From assembly GCA_963768305.1 (NCBI GenBank), contig CAVYHE010000003.1, positions 128,001 to 192,000 on the forward strand: a stretch of DNA of 64,000 nt, read 5' to 3'. Positions 30,064 through 38,705 of this stretch are shown one piece after another. Each line of letters starts with the position of its first letter. The first letter of the stretch is position 1. Position numbers and translations under genes: made by a program. The notes under the pieces were generated by a model. It did no database searches, was not told the DNA's origin, and was given only the letters and a program-made list of their open reading frames with translations. This DNA comes from an uncultured bacterium (GTDB lineage: Bacteria > Margulisbacteria > WOR-1 > CAVSGV01).

Positions 30064-30091
30064 AGATCCAAGATCCAAATGCCAAAATCCA
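30064..30091 (+). repeat. Heptamer array agatcca-agatcca-aatgcca-aaatcca in the tRNA operon leader
   Basis: 7-nt periodicity. Confidence 0.65.
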
Positions 30092-30129
30092 AAGGAATTA
30101 TATAAGAAAAGACTTGCAAAAACAAACGC

Positions 30130-30158
30130 TTGACAAAAACGGAGCTTTCATGTATACT
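30130..30158 (+). promoter_or_regulatory. Sigma-70 promoter TTGACA-N17-TATACT (extended -10 TG)
   Basis: Near-consensus promoter about 150 nt upstream of the RRM gene. Confidence 0.8.
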
Positions 30159-30231
30159 GTGCTCTCGAGAGTCGAGGTTAATGATTTTGTACGTTAGGCG
30201 TTTTTATAACAGTATAGAGTAGCTTGTATTC

Positions 30232-30265
30232 ATCCAAGACCACTTCGTCTTGGATTTTTTGTTTT
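30232..30265 (+). terminator. Terminator-like hairpin within the RRM gene leader
   Basis: ATCCAAGAC-cacttc-GTCTTGGAT (perfect 9-bp stem) followed by TTTTTGTTTT. Confidence 0.55.
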
Positions 30266-30307
30266 ATAGTCATTAACGAAGAAGTTTAAATGTGAGGTGA
30301 AAAGTAA

Positions 30308-30598
30308 ATGGTGAAGAGTTTATTCGTAGGCAACCTTCCCTGGAGCACGACCGAAGACGAGCTTAAAGCGAAGTTCGAAGAGCATGTTAAAGTCGTTGCT
30401 GCGAGGATCGTAACAGACAAATTCTCCGGCAGGTCCAAAGGTTTTGGATTTGTGGAGGTTGACGATGCCGATATGGAAAAAGCTATTTCAGCGATGAACG
30501 GGCAAAAGTTCGGCGAACGAGAGATCGTGGTCAACGAAGCCCGTCCAAAGACCGAAAGAAGCGACAGACCGCGCAGAGATTTCAATTCAAGAATGTAA
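30308..30598 (+). CDS. RNA-recognition-motif (RRM) RNA-binding protein
   Basis: RNP2 LFVGNL, RNP1 KGFGFVEV, VNEARP. Confidence 0.96.
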   Translation: MVKSLFVGNLPWSTTEDELKAKFEEHVKVVAARIVTDKFSGRSKGFGFVEVDDADMEKAISAMNGQKFGEREIVVNEARPKTERSDRPRRDFNSRM

Positions 30599-30619
30599 TC
30601 GTTTTTGATTGATCTTAAT

Positions 30620-30660
30620 AAAGGCCCGTTGTGTTAAGTCACTGTCGGGCCTTTTTATTT
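30620..30660 (+). terminator. Rho-independent terminator
   Basis: AAAGGCCCG...CGGGCCTTT followed by T-rich sequence, after the RRM gene. Confidence 0.75.
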
Positions 30661-30693
30661 GAACTGATTTTCAGCGTGATGTAAAATAAACCA

Positions 30694-31248
30694 ATGGATA
30701 TTATCCTTGCATCAGCGTCGCCAAGGCGGAAAGAACTGCTGACGGAGATAGTAAAAGATTTTACGGTCGTCCCGAGCGGTTTTGACGAATCCGTCCTCGA
30801 TATTTCCGGCCCCGTTGATTTTGTGAAAAAGGCCTCATATGAAAAAGCGAAAGACGTGGCCGGCCGCAACTGGGATGCCCTGGTCATAGGCGCCGATACC
30901 ATCGTGGTGCTTGACGGAAAGATCTTCGGCAAACCGAATGACCTTTCTCACGCGAAAGAAATGCTCACGGCCCTTTCAGGCCGCACTCATCAGGTAATGA
31001 CGGGGATCACCTTGATAAAACAAGGGCGGTCGGTAACAGGCCACGCGGAGACCGAAGTTACTTTCAAGCGATTAAGCGAAAAAGATATTGATGACTATTT
31101 GAAAAATGATCTGGTGCTTGATAAAGCCGGCTCATACGCGATACAGGAGATAGGGGAGAAGTTCGTGAAAAAGATCAAAGGCGACCGCAATAATGTTGTC
31201 GGTCTTCCTCTGGACCTTCTGAAGGGAATGCTCCGGCTCCTGCAATGA
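30694..31248 (+). CDS. maf: Maf-family nucleoside triphosphate pyrophosphatase
   Basis: ILASASPRRKELL, GADTIV, GKP, DKAGSYAIQ, NVVGLP. Confidence 0.95.
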   Translation: MDIILASASPRRKELLTEIVKDFTVVPSGFDESVLDISGPVDFVKKASYEKAKDVAGRNWDALVIGADTIVVLDGKIFGKPNDLSHAKEMLTALSGRTHQVMTGITLIKQGRSVTGHAETEVTFKRLSEKDIDDYLKNDLVLDKAGSYAIQEIGEKFVKKIKGDRNNVVGLPLDLLKGMLRLLQ

Positions 31249-32218
31249 TCTCCGGCGCTCTTTCCAGTAAGGCTATTATCTGACCTTTTGTGCCGGCGTT
31301 GTTCAATATTCTCCGGATGCAGCTTGTATGCGGGAAATCCCTCACATACCATTGCACGACTTTTCTCATGTAGCCGACCTTGCTTTTGGCCTCCATGTTC
31401 CGGTATTTATCTATATAGTCGAGATGCTTTTTTGCCGCATCAAGCAGTTCATCCAGCGTTCGTTCTTCTTCCGGTTCGCCGGATTTCAGATAAGTTTCTA
31501 TCTCTTTGAATATCCACGGATTACCGTACGCGCCTCTTGCAACCATGATGCCGTCGCATCTGGTTTTTTCGATCATTTCTTTCGCAAGCACCGAATTCAT
31601 TATATTGCCGGAGCCGAACACGGGAATTTTTACCGCCTCTTTGACGGTCTTTATGGCTTCCAGATCGATATCCCCCGAATAGCCCTGTTTCTGCGTCCGC
31701 CCGTGCATGAATATCGCGGCAGCGCCGTTAGCTTCGCATTGTTTCGCGATTTCTTCTATATGCTGGTGATCGTTCCCGCTAAAGCCCGATCTCAACTTTA
31801 CGGTTATCGGCAGCCTGAGTTTCGAAGATAATAATTCCAGGATCCTGTAAAGGTTCTCCGGGTTTTTTAAAAAATACGCGCCGGCCTTCTTTTTCAGCAT
31901 TTTGGGGACGGGGCAGGCGGCGTTGATATCGAGGAACTTAATATCGAGCGTATTGACCAGGTATTCCGCGGCTTTCAGCATCATCTCCGGCTCAGGTCCC
32001 ACCAGCTGAGCCGCGATCGGACTGTCCTTTGAAATTGTTTTGATGATGTCGTTCTCTTTTTTCTTGCCGTAAATTATTGAATTGCAGTCTATCATCTCAA
32101 AGAAAGCGAATTTCGCGCCGTGTTCCCGGCAGATGAGCCTGAACGGAAGGTCCGTTACGCCGGCCATCGGGGCAAGTATCACGTTAGATGGGAGAAGATA
32201 TGAGCCGATTTTTACCAT
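31175..32218 (-). CDS. dusB: tRNA dihydrouridine synthase DusB-like
   Basis: LAPMAGVTDLPFR, DINAACP, HGRT, ARGAYGNPW. Start at ATG 32218; the 3' end is uncertain because it overlaps maf. Confidence 0.9.
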   Translation of the reverse strand: MVKIGSYLLPSNVILAPMAGVTDLPFRLICREHGAKFAFFEMIDCNSIIYGKKKENDIIKTISKDSPIAAQLVGPEPEMMLKAAEYLVNTLDIKFLDINAACPVPKMLKKKAGAYFLKNPENLYRILELLSSKLRLPITVKLRSGFSGNDHQHIEEIAKQCEANGAAAIFMHGRTQKQGYSGDIDLEAIKTVKEAVKIPVFGSGNIMNSVLAKEMIEKTRCDGIMVARGAYGNPWIFKEIETYLKSGEPEEERTLDELLDAAKKHLDYIDKYRNMEAKSKVGYMRKVVQWYVRDFPHTSCIRRILNNAGTKGQIIALLERAPEIIAGAGAFPSEGPEEDRQHYCGRL

Positions 32219-32319
32219 TTGTTTAATTATAGCATTTATTGATTTCAGAGATGACGATGATGAAGAGGGGGCAAAATTGAAAAAGGGTAGGGCGTATGAG
32301 ATAATCATGAACGGTTTTT

Positions 32320-32406
32320 GGAGAGGTGGCCGAGCGGTTTAAGGCGGTAGTCTTGAAAACTACTGTACTGGAAACAGTACCGGGGGTTCGAATCCCTCCC
32401 TCTCCG
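32320..32406 (+). tRNA. tRNA-Ser(TGA)
   Basis: Acceptor GGAGAGG/CCTCTCC, GTAGT-CT-TGA-AA-ACTAC, long variable arm. Confidence 0.95.
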
Positions 32407-32433
32407 ATTTCCTTAACAAAAGCCGGGGGAATA

Positions 32434-32995
32434 ATGAAAAATAGCTTACAAGACTTCCCGCTCTCCAAAGTCTTCCATCTCATCGAGCCCGGGCCGGTAG
32501 TGATGTTGACCACGGCCCAAAAAGGTCGCGCGAACGTCATGACCATGAGCTGGACCATGATGGTGGAATTCACTCCCGCTCTGATCGCCTGTGTCGTCAG
32601 CCCCGCAGACTACAGCTACAAGGCGCTTATCTCGACGAAGGAATGCGTCGTCGCGATCCCCACCGTTGATATCATCAAAACGGTCATCGATGTCGGCAAT
32701 TGTTCCGGCAAGGATATCGATAAGTTCAAAAGATTCAAACTGACGCCTCTTCCGGCCGCAAAGGTCTCCTGCTCCGCTCATCAAGGAATGCATTTACAAT
32801 GTCGAATGCAAAGTGGTAGATGTTTCTTGGGCCGATAAGTACGCGATCTTCATGCTTGAGGCGGTCAAAGCCTGGGCCGATCCGAAAAGGAGAGAGCGCA
32901 GGATGTTCCACGCCAATGGCGACGGCACTTTCGTCATGGACGGCAAAATGATCAACATGAAGAAGAGAATGGTGAAGTTCAAGGAACTGTTGTGA
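32434..32995 (+). CDS. Flavin reductase-like protein (frameshift near 32770)
   Basis: LIEPGPVVMLTT, NVMTMSW, GNCSG..IDKF; continues in the next frame to FHANGDGTF. Confidence 0.85.
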
Positions 32996-33022
32996 TATAA
33001 TATTAATCCAGGGTGAAATTTA

Positions 33023-33553
33023 ATGGAATCTGACCGGTCGGGGCAAGTTCCGGAGTCCAAGGTCCTGGTCCTGAACGCGACTTTTTTACCGATAAATATT
33101 TGCAGCTGGAAACGGGCTCTCATCCTTATTTTCAAGGGGAAAGCGGAAAGGATAGAGAACAGCAAAAAGTACGTGAACAGCGGGAAATACATCCTTCCGC
33201 TGGTGATAAAACTGAGGGAATACATCCCGCTGCCGTATAGCGGCGTCGTTTTTACAAGGCGGAATATTTTTTTAAGGGATAATTACACGTGCCAGTATTG
33301 CAAGAAAGGGACGAACCTGACCATAGATCATGTTGTCCCTACTTCGCGGGGCGGCGAGGATGTCTGGGAAAATGTCGTCACCTGCTGCGTAAGATGCAAT
33401 AACAAGAAGGGCGACAAGCTTCTGGAGGAAGCGAACATGAAGCTTGCCAATGTTCCGTACAGGCCGCCTTCCAGCCTGTACCTTCAGGTGACAAGGCAGA
33501 CAAAGGTCCCGGCAAGCTGGTTCTCGTATTTTTTCAGGAAATCGTGCCAGTAA
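33023..33553 (+). CDS. HNH endonuclease (McrA-like)
   Basis: VLVLNA, RDNYTCQYC, TIDHVVP.SRGG, WENVVTCCVRCNNKKG. Confidence 0.92.
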   Translation: MESDRSGQVPESKVLVLNATFLPINICSWKRALILIFKGKAERIENSKKYVNSGKYILPLVIKLREYIPLPYSGVVFTRRNIFLRDNYTCQYCKKGTNLTIDHVVPTSRGGEDVWENVVTCCVRCNNKKGDKLLEEANMKLANVPYRPPSSLYLQVTRQTKVPASWFSYFFRKSCQ

Positions 33554-33567
33554 TTGATTATTAGGAT

Positions 33568-33643
33568 GGCGCGGTAGCTCAGTCGGTAGAGCAGCGGCCT
33601 GAAAAGCCGCGTGTCGCCGGTTCGATTCCGGCCTGCGCCACCA
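33568..33643 (+). tRNA. tRNA-Phe(GAA)
   Basis: GCGGC-CT-GAA-AA-GCCGC anticodon arm; CCA encoded. Confidence 0.96.
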
Positions 33644-33777
33644 TTCTCCTTCGCCCTATGGGCTTCGGAGAATGGAATGACAAATGTCCAATGGCAAATG
33701 TCAAATTGGGGCATTTGGATCTTGGATTTAATTTGTCATTTGAAATTGGGATTTTGTCATTGCGAGCGTTAGCGAGC
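33641..33777 (+). repeat. Composite palindromic spacer: REP-like hairpin plus inverted heptamer arrays
   Basis: CCATTCTCC...GGAGAATGG stem; aatgaca-aatgtcc-aatggca-aatgtca arm with a complementary ...ttgtcat arm; GCGAGCGTTAGCGAGC. Confidence 0.7.
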
Positions 33778-33850
33778 GGGCCGGTAGCTCAGTTGGTAGA
33801 GCATTACACTTTTAATGTAAGGGTCCTGGGTTCGAATCCCAGCCGGCTCA
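33778..33850 (+). tRNA. tRNA-Lys(TTT)
   Basis: TTACA-CT-TTT-AA-TGTAA anticodon arm, GTTCGAATC. Confidence 0.95.
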
Positions 33851-33882
33851 TTTTTTCCAGATCTGCGGATCCTCAAAAGGAT

Positions 33883-36075
33883 TTATCTTATTAAGTGATC
33901 GATTGTGGCTGTCAATGTTCTTTCGCCATCGGGGATCTTCAAGATGGCCAGATTGAAAGCGTTCAACAGGGTCATGAAATTCACTATTGCATCGTCATCG
34001 GATTTGGCATATCTTTTCTTAAGGTTTTCATAATGTTGCGCGGCCATAGCCAGGACAGGCGAATACAGGACGGCGAGGATCGCCGCGGCCTCGTATAACT
34101 TTTGTATGCTTCCCAGGTCTTTTGCCGCGCATAATTCCCCCATGGATATTTGCGCTCTTTGCTGAGGGTCATTTAATATGTCGTCGGGGAGGTCCTTCAG
34201 GATATCCGCGGGTGAGAGTTTGCCTAAACCGCCCAACCAGGCCGGTCTGTACAGCCGGGATGATCCCTTTGCGAAATTTTCCAGCATTGCGACAGATTCA
34301 GTGAGCTTTTCGATCGCTTTGTTTATCATTCCGACGGTCGAAATATAATGCTCTCCGGCAGGATCTTCATTTGCCTTGAGAAAAGTTGCAAAAATAAAGA
34401 TCGATATGTTGTTATTCAGTTTATGCGCAATAACATCGATCAACTTCAGCAGGGGCGTGGGTTCCAGCGCAGGTAATTTAGGTTCTTGTCCGTTCATTGC
34501 TTTTTGGGGTTTCGCCTCTTCAGCGGGAATAAAGCCGGCTTTTATTTGCGCTGCCTTGTTCGCCCCCAAAAGGATCTGGGACAATGTTTGACTGTCCTTG
34601 GCGATGTACTGTGCCAGCCCCAGCTCGATAGTTCTTCGCAATTCTTCAGGTCCTGTCTCGGGCGGGGTTCCGCTCACTATAAATATGGGAGTTGTTCGGT
34701 CTTTGCGCCTTATGTGCAAGGCGAGTTCAACGCCGGTCATATTCGGCATGTTGTGATCGGTAAATATCGCGTCAGGATTTTCCCCCATGGAATTTATCAT
34801 CGCCACCGCATCTTTGCCGTCCACCGCGGTCTTCACATTGTAGCCGGCGGCCTCGAGAAAGTCCTTTATCATTGACCTTGCCGCTTCATTATCATCAACT
34901 ACAAGTATCGTTACGCCGCCCGCTATTTCCTTGTTTGTCTTAGGTACTATGACGACCGCAACCTCTTCCTTCTCCGGGATCTCTTTCGGAAAAGCTTCTT
35001 CCTCCTTTTCCTTCGTGAGCATTTTACCGGCATAATCGGCGGAAAGTTTCACGAGTTCATTGATCCTCTCCGACATTTGATCCACGGAAAGTTTTATGCC
35101 GTTTATGTTCTTGTCCAGGACCGCGAAGCTCTCATCTAATGCCTTATTGACCTTGTCGGCGGTCAGGTCCTTGCCTGATCCTATGATCAATCCGATTTTT
35201 TTCAGCTCTTCGGCTATGTTCGATATTTTACCGGGGTCGAATATCTCAAGGTTTTCAAGTATTTTGGAAACATCATGCGTCAGGCCCTCAATTGATATTG
35301 CCATATTGCTCGATTTGCCTCTTTTTGTGCCGGCAAAGTGCTCCAGTTTTAAAAGGACGTCGTCGATCTTTTTCTGGTGCGTGAACATTTCTTCGCAAGG
35401 CGCCAGGAAGGTCTGCTCTTTGAGTTTTTTAAGTTCGGATATGATCGAAGCAGATACGGGTTTTTGGCCCACAATCTCCGCCGTGCGCAGCGAGTACACC
35501 TGCACTTTCAGGTCATGGACGATCTTCGAGGTCCGGTCCACAAGGCCGCTCAAACAGAACAGGGGATTCTTTATTCTGTCGGAAGCGTAGTTCGCAAGCT
35601 CCCGCCTGGTATTGATCTTGGGCAGATCCAGTTCTTCAAAGTTCATTTTCGCCCATTCAACGATGCTGACCCCGTTCTTCGCAAGTGTATCGCGGGACCC
35701 TTCTAATCCATCGAGTATAAGCGCGTTCATGCTTTCAGATAGTCTTTCCGTTAAGTTTTTTTCGTTCATTATTCCGCCTTTAACGTCTGGACTTATCATT
35801 AGCTTGAGGGGGTTCTCGGGGAGAAGTACTTCTGGCGAGTTCACGCCCTCTTTCTGCGCATAAAGTACGTGTCTCAGCGCTAGGCCTAACTCTGGGCATC
35901 CCAGATTCTCGGGCTTGCCTTCGGCTTGAAGTATCAATCCATTCGGGGTCGCATCTAAAATGCCGCGACCGCCGGACATGATGATCCTTTTCGCTATCAT
36001 GCTGCTGCAATCGGCGATGTATTTATGGACCCCGGAATTATGATTAATATGTGGTATTTTCCCAGGTTCACCCAA
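33883..36075 (-). CDS. Large protein with a central response-regulator receiver (REC) domain and uncharacterised helical flanks
   Basis: ILVVDD, IFTDHNMPNMTG, IVSG, YIAK; GGAGG RBS before the TTG start. Confidence 0.8.
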   Translation of the reverse strand: MGEPGKIPHINHNSGVHKYIADCSSMIAKRIIMSGGRGILDATPNGLILQAEGKPENLGCPELGLALRHVLYAQKEGVNSPEVLLPENPLKLMISPDVKGGIMNEKNLTERLSESMNALILDGLEGSRDTLAKNGVSIVEWAKMNFEELDLPKINTRRELANYASDRIKNPLFCLSGLVDRTSKIVHDLKVQVYSLRTAEIVGQKPVSASIISELKKLKEQTFLAPCEEMFTHQKKIDDVLLKLEHFAGTKRGKSSNMAISIEGLTHDVSKILENLEIFDPGKISNIAEELKKIGLIIGSGKDLTADKVNKALDESFAVLDKNINGIKLSVDQMSERINELVKLSADYAGKMLTKEKEEEAFPKEIPEKEEVAVVIVPKTNKEIAGGVTILVVDDNEAARSMIKDFLEAAGYNVKTAVDGKDAVAMINSMGENPDAIFTDHNMPNMTGVELALHIRRKDRTTPIFIVSGTPPETGPEELRRTIELGLAQYIAKDSQTLSQILLGANKAAQIKAGFIPAEEAKPQKAMNGQEPKLPALEPTPLLKLIDVIAHKLNNNISIFIFATFLKANEDPAGEHYISTVGMINKAIEKLTESVAMLENFAKGSSRLYRPAWLGGLGKLSPADILKDLPDDILNDPQQRAQISMGELCAAKDLGSIQKLYEAAAILAVLYSPVLAMAAQHYENLKKRYAKSDDDAIVNFMTLLNAFNLAILKIPDGERTLTATIDHLIR

Positions 36076-36095
36076 AGGATATCCCTCCTATATAT

Positions 36096-36123
36096 ATATC
36101 GTCAATATCAAGAGGGAATTTCA
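36096..36123 (-). promoter_or_regulatory. Sigma-28-like promoter motif, copy 4 (TGAAATTC-N12-GACGATAT)
   Basis: Reverse complement; followed by ATATATAGGAGGG and the REC gene start. Confidence 0.7.
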
Positions 36124-37286
36124 GATGATCTTAAAAGATCAGTCTTTTGAGAGGACTTTAGAAGCTTCCGGTGCAGCATGAAATTCGAAGTGTCCAGGGT
36201 CCTGTAGAACCTTTTTTCGCCGGTCCTCAGGACCTTGATGATATTTTCCATGCCCGGCGCGTCCGAATCCCTGCGGAACATTTCATGGTCAAATATCCTG
36301 TATATTCCGTCGGGAACAAGCGCGCCCGCGACGCTCTTGTATGTCCAGTAGCTCCACGACCAGCCGAATTCCCTGAAAATGCCGAGCGCGTGCTCCACCC
36401 ACTTAAGCTCGCTGTTGCAAACGGGGCACCTGCTCGCGACGCCGAATTCGCCCACAAGAACGGGGACATTGTCCCTGTTCTGGATATCGCGGAACCGCTT
36501 CAGGTGATCTTTCAATTCTTTTTTGCCGGGGCAGCAGAGCAGGGGGTCCCAGTTGAAAGTGAAATTCACTGGCACATAAAAATGAATGCTCCAGGCGAAA
36601 TTATCGTCCTTCGGTTTTTTTATGCCCTTGAAATCCGCCGCCCAGTTGTTCGGCTCGATGAAAAGGATGTGGTTGTCGCCGTTCTTGCGGATCACATTGA
36701 TGATCTTCAAATACAAGCTTATTGAGCTTGCCGACGTTTATCTGTGACCGGTTCATTAAGTATGTCGTAGCCGGCGATCGTCGATTCATTCTTGTACCTT
36801 TTTGAGATCTTGTCCCATAAGTTCACGGTCTGCCTGACGAATTTATCGTTCTCCCATAGGCCTGCTGTTCCGTCCGAGTCGCTGTGCCAGTCGCGATTCT
36901 GGGAGCCCGGCGCCGCGTGAAGGTCAAGTATCAGATAAACTTTATATTTTCTGAACCATCCGACTATCTTATCAAGAAGTTTGAAACCGTCTTTTTTGTC
37001 CAATACCCTGTGATTGATCGGCAATCGGGCGCAGTTGAAACCGAGCTTTTTGATGCGTGCGACATCGTCTTCATTGAAAAAATGCTTTTGGAATTCAGAA
37101 GTGAAATCGCTCGAGTTTTGCCTTTCCGTAAAGGGACCTGATCTTGTTCTTGAATACATGTTCGGGAATGTTCTTTCCGCCGAGCATGTAGCCTTCCATC
37201 ATCAGCCATCCGCCTATGCCGATGGATCGCAGGACCACTTCCCGTCCTTTTTCATCGACTATCTTTTTTCCACGGGTTTTCAGCAT
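36108..37286 (-). CDS. Glycoside hydrolase family 5 (several frameshifts)
   Basis: GIGGWLMMEGYM, GFNCARLP, ILDLHAAPGSQN, YDILNEP (acid/base), HFY, VGEFG (nucleophile), WSYWTYK. Confidence 0.88.
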
Positions 37287-37338
37287 TATTTTTATACTAG
37301 CAAAGCATGCATCTATTGTCTATAATATAAAAGTTCTT

Positions 37339-37417
37339 GGGCCCGTAGTGTAGCCTGGTCTAACACGTCTGCCTGTCACGCAGAAGATCGAGGGTTCAAA
37401 TCCCTTCGGGCCCGCCA
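37339..37417 (+). tRNA. tRNA-Asp(GTC)
   Basis: Acceptor GGGCCCG/CGGGCCC, TCTGC-CT-GTC-AC-GCAGA, CCA encoded. Confidence 0.95.
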
Positions 37418-37448
37418 GACTCCAAAAAACAGGAGGCGGCGGAATTTC

Positions 37449-37936
37449 ATGAAAAGAACGATATTGTTCATGTCTGATTTATTTGGTTGCATCGGCCGCA
37501 TTTGCTTTAGCAGCGCCGCTCCGACTTCAAATAAAGCCCCGGATTTCACATTAAAGAACCTTGCCGGGAAGGACATTTCCTTGAAGTCATTTCAGGGAAA
37601 GACCGTCATGCTGGTGTTCTTTCAGACATGTGCCCCGCCTGCCAGGGAGAAATGCCGCAACTGAATTCCGTTTACAGAAAGCTCAACTGCAAAAGATTTC
37701 GAGATGCTCGGCGTCAGACATAAGGGAAATCCGCGCATTATGTATCGTCATTTGCAAGCGAAAACAAGATAGTTTTTCCGGTCCTTCTGGATGAACGAGG
37801 CGATGCCGCGAATGCTTATAAGGTCAGGTTCATTCCGAGCATTTTCATCGTTGATAAGGCGGGAAAGATCGTTTTCCGTTCGCATTATCTTCCGGCAGGG
37901 GACATAGAAAAGGAGATAAAAAAGGCGGTCAAATGA
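37449..37936 (+). CDS. TlpA/ResA-like thiol:disulfide oxidoreductase (several frameshifts)
   Basis: KAPDFTLKNLAG; WCPAC recoverable with one base; FPVLLD...YKVRFIP downstream; precedes ccdA. Confidence 0.75.
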
Positions 37937-38640
37937 ATTTATTCGTCGCCTTTCTCGCGGGCATCCTCACTTTTTTCACTCCCTGCGTTTTCCCTTTGAT
38001 CCCGTCGTATATCGCATATGTCACTGGCTTTTCCATTGATGAGCTTTCCCGTGGGGACAGAAAGCTCGTATTGAGAAAATCGATAATGGGAACGCTTGCG
38101 TTCATTTCCGGCTTCTCGATCATATTTATCCTTCTTGGTTTTTCCGCTTCATACGCAGGCAGCCTGATATTCAACTTCCAGAATTATCTCAGGATCATCG
38201 GCGGGGCGCTGATAATCTTTTTCGGCCTGGTCATGACCGGTGCTTTTCATTTCAGGTTCTTGGAGATCGAGAAACGGTTCAATCTGAAGACCAAGCCCTC
38301 CGGCTACTGGGGAGCGCTTATTCTTGGGATGACTTTTGCGGCGGGGTGGGTGCCGTGCGTCGGGCCTATTTTATCGTCGATCTTAACGATCGCTTCCACG
38401 GTCGGTTCAAGATTATTCGGAGGGTTGTTGTTATTCTTCTATTGTCTTGGGCTGGGGTTACCGATACTTATTTCCGCGATAGCTTTCAATTATTTTCTGA
38501 CTTTCTATAAGAATATCGTTAAGCATTTAAGGGTTATTTCGATCGCAAGCGGCGTGATATTGATCTTCATTGGTATGTTGCTTATGACCGACAATCTTTC
38601 TTCGATCACGAATGGCATCGAATATCTCCTGAAGCGCTGA
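37933..38640 (+). CDS. ccdA: Cytochrome c biogenesis protein CcdA / DsbD transmembrane domain
   Basis: FFTPCVFPLIP and GWVPCVGPIL. Confidence 0.92.
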   Translation: MNLFVAFLAGILTFFTPCVFPLIPSYIAYVTGFSIDELSRGDRKLVLRKSIMGTLAFISGFSIIFILLGFSASYAGSLIFNFQNYLRIIGGALIIFFGLVMTGAFHFRFLEIEKRFNLKTKPSGYWGALILGMTFAAGWVPCVGPILSSILTIASTVGSRLFGGLLLFFYCLGLGLPILISAIAFNYFLTFYKNIVKHLRVISIASGVILIFIGMLLMTDNLSSITNGIEYLLKR

Positions 38641-38705
38641 TCCAATGTAATGGACCAGTACAGATTCTTTCCAACAGCAGGAAAAAATGATAAAATAGCT
38701 TTGAA

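Noticed and set aside
32326..32433. N-terminal extension MAERFKAVVLKT... of the flavin reductase
   Set aside because: It is a translation of tRNA-Ser(TGA).
33676..33761. CRISPR array
   Set aside because: Units are 7 nt and degenerate with no spacers, and there are no cas genes in the window.
32320..33850. tRNA-anchored genomic island or homing element (HNH gene between tRNAs)
   Set aside because: No integrase and no duplicated tRNA 3' end. The HNH protein belongs to the common stand-alone VLVLN-type family.
36108..36141. GH5 3' end overlapping the REC-gene promoter
   Set aside because: Restoring one base gives LLKVLSKD-stop ending near 36139, so the overlap is probably an indel artefact.
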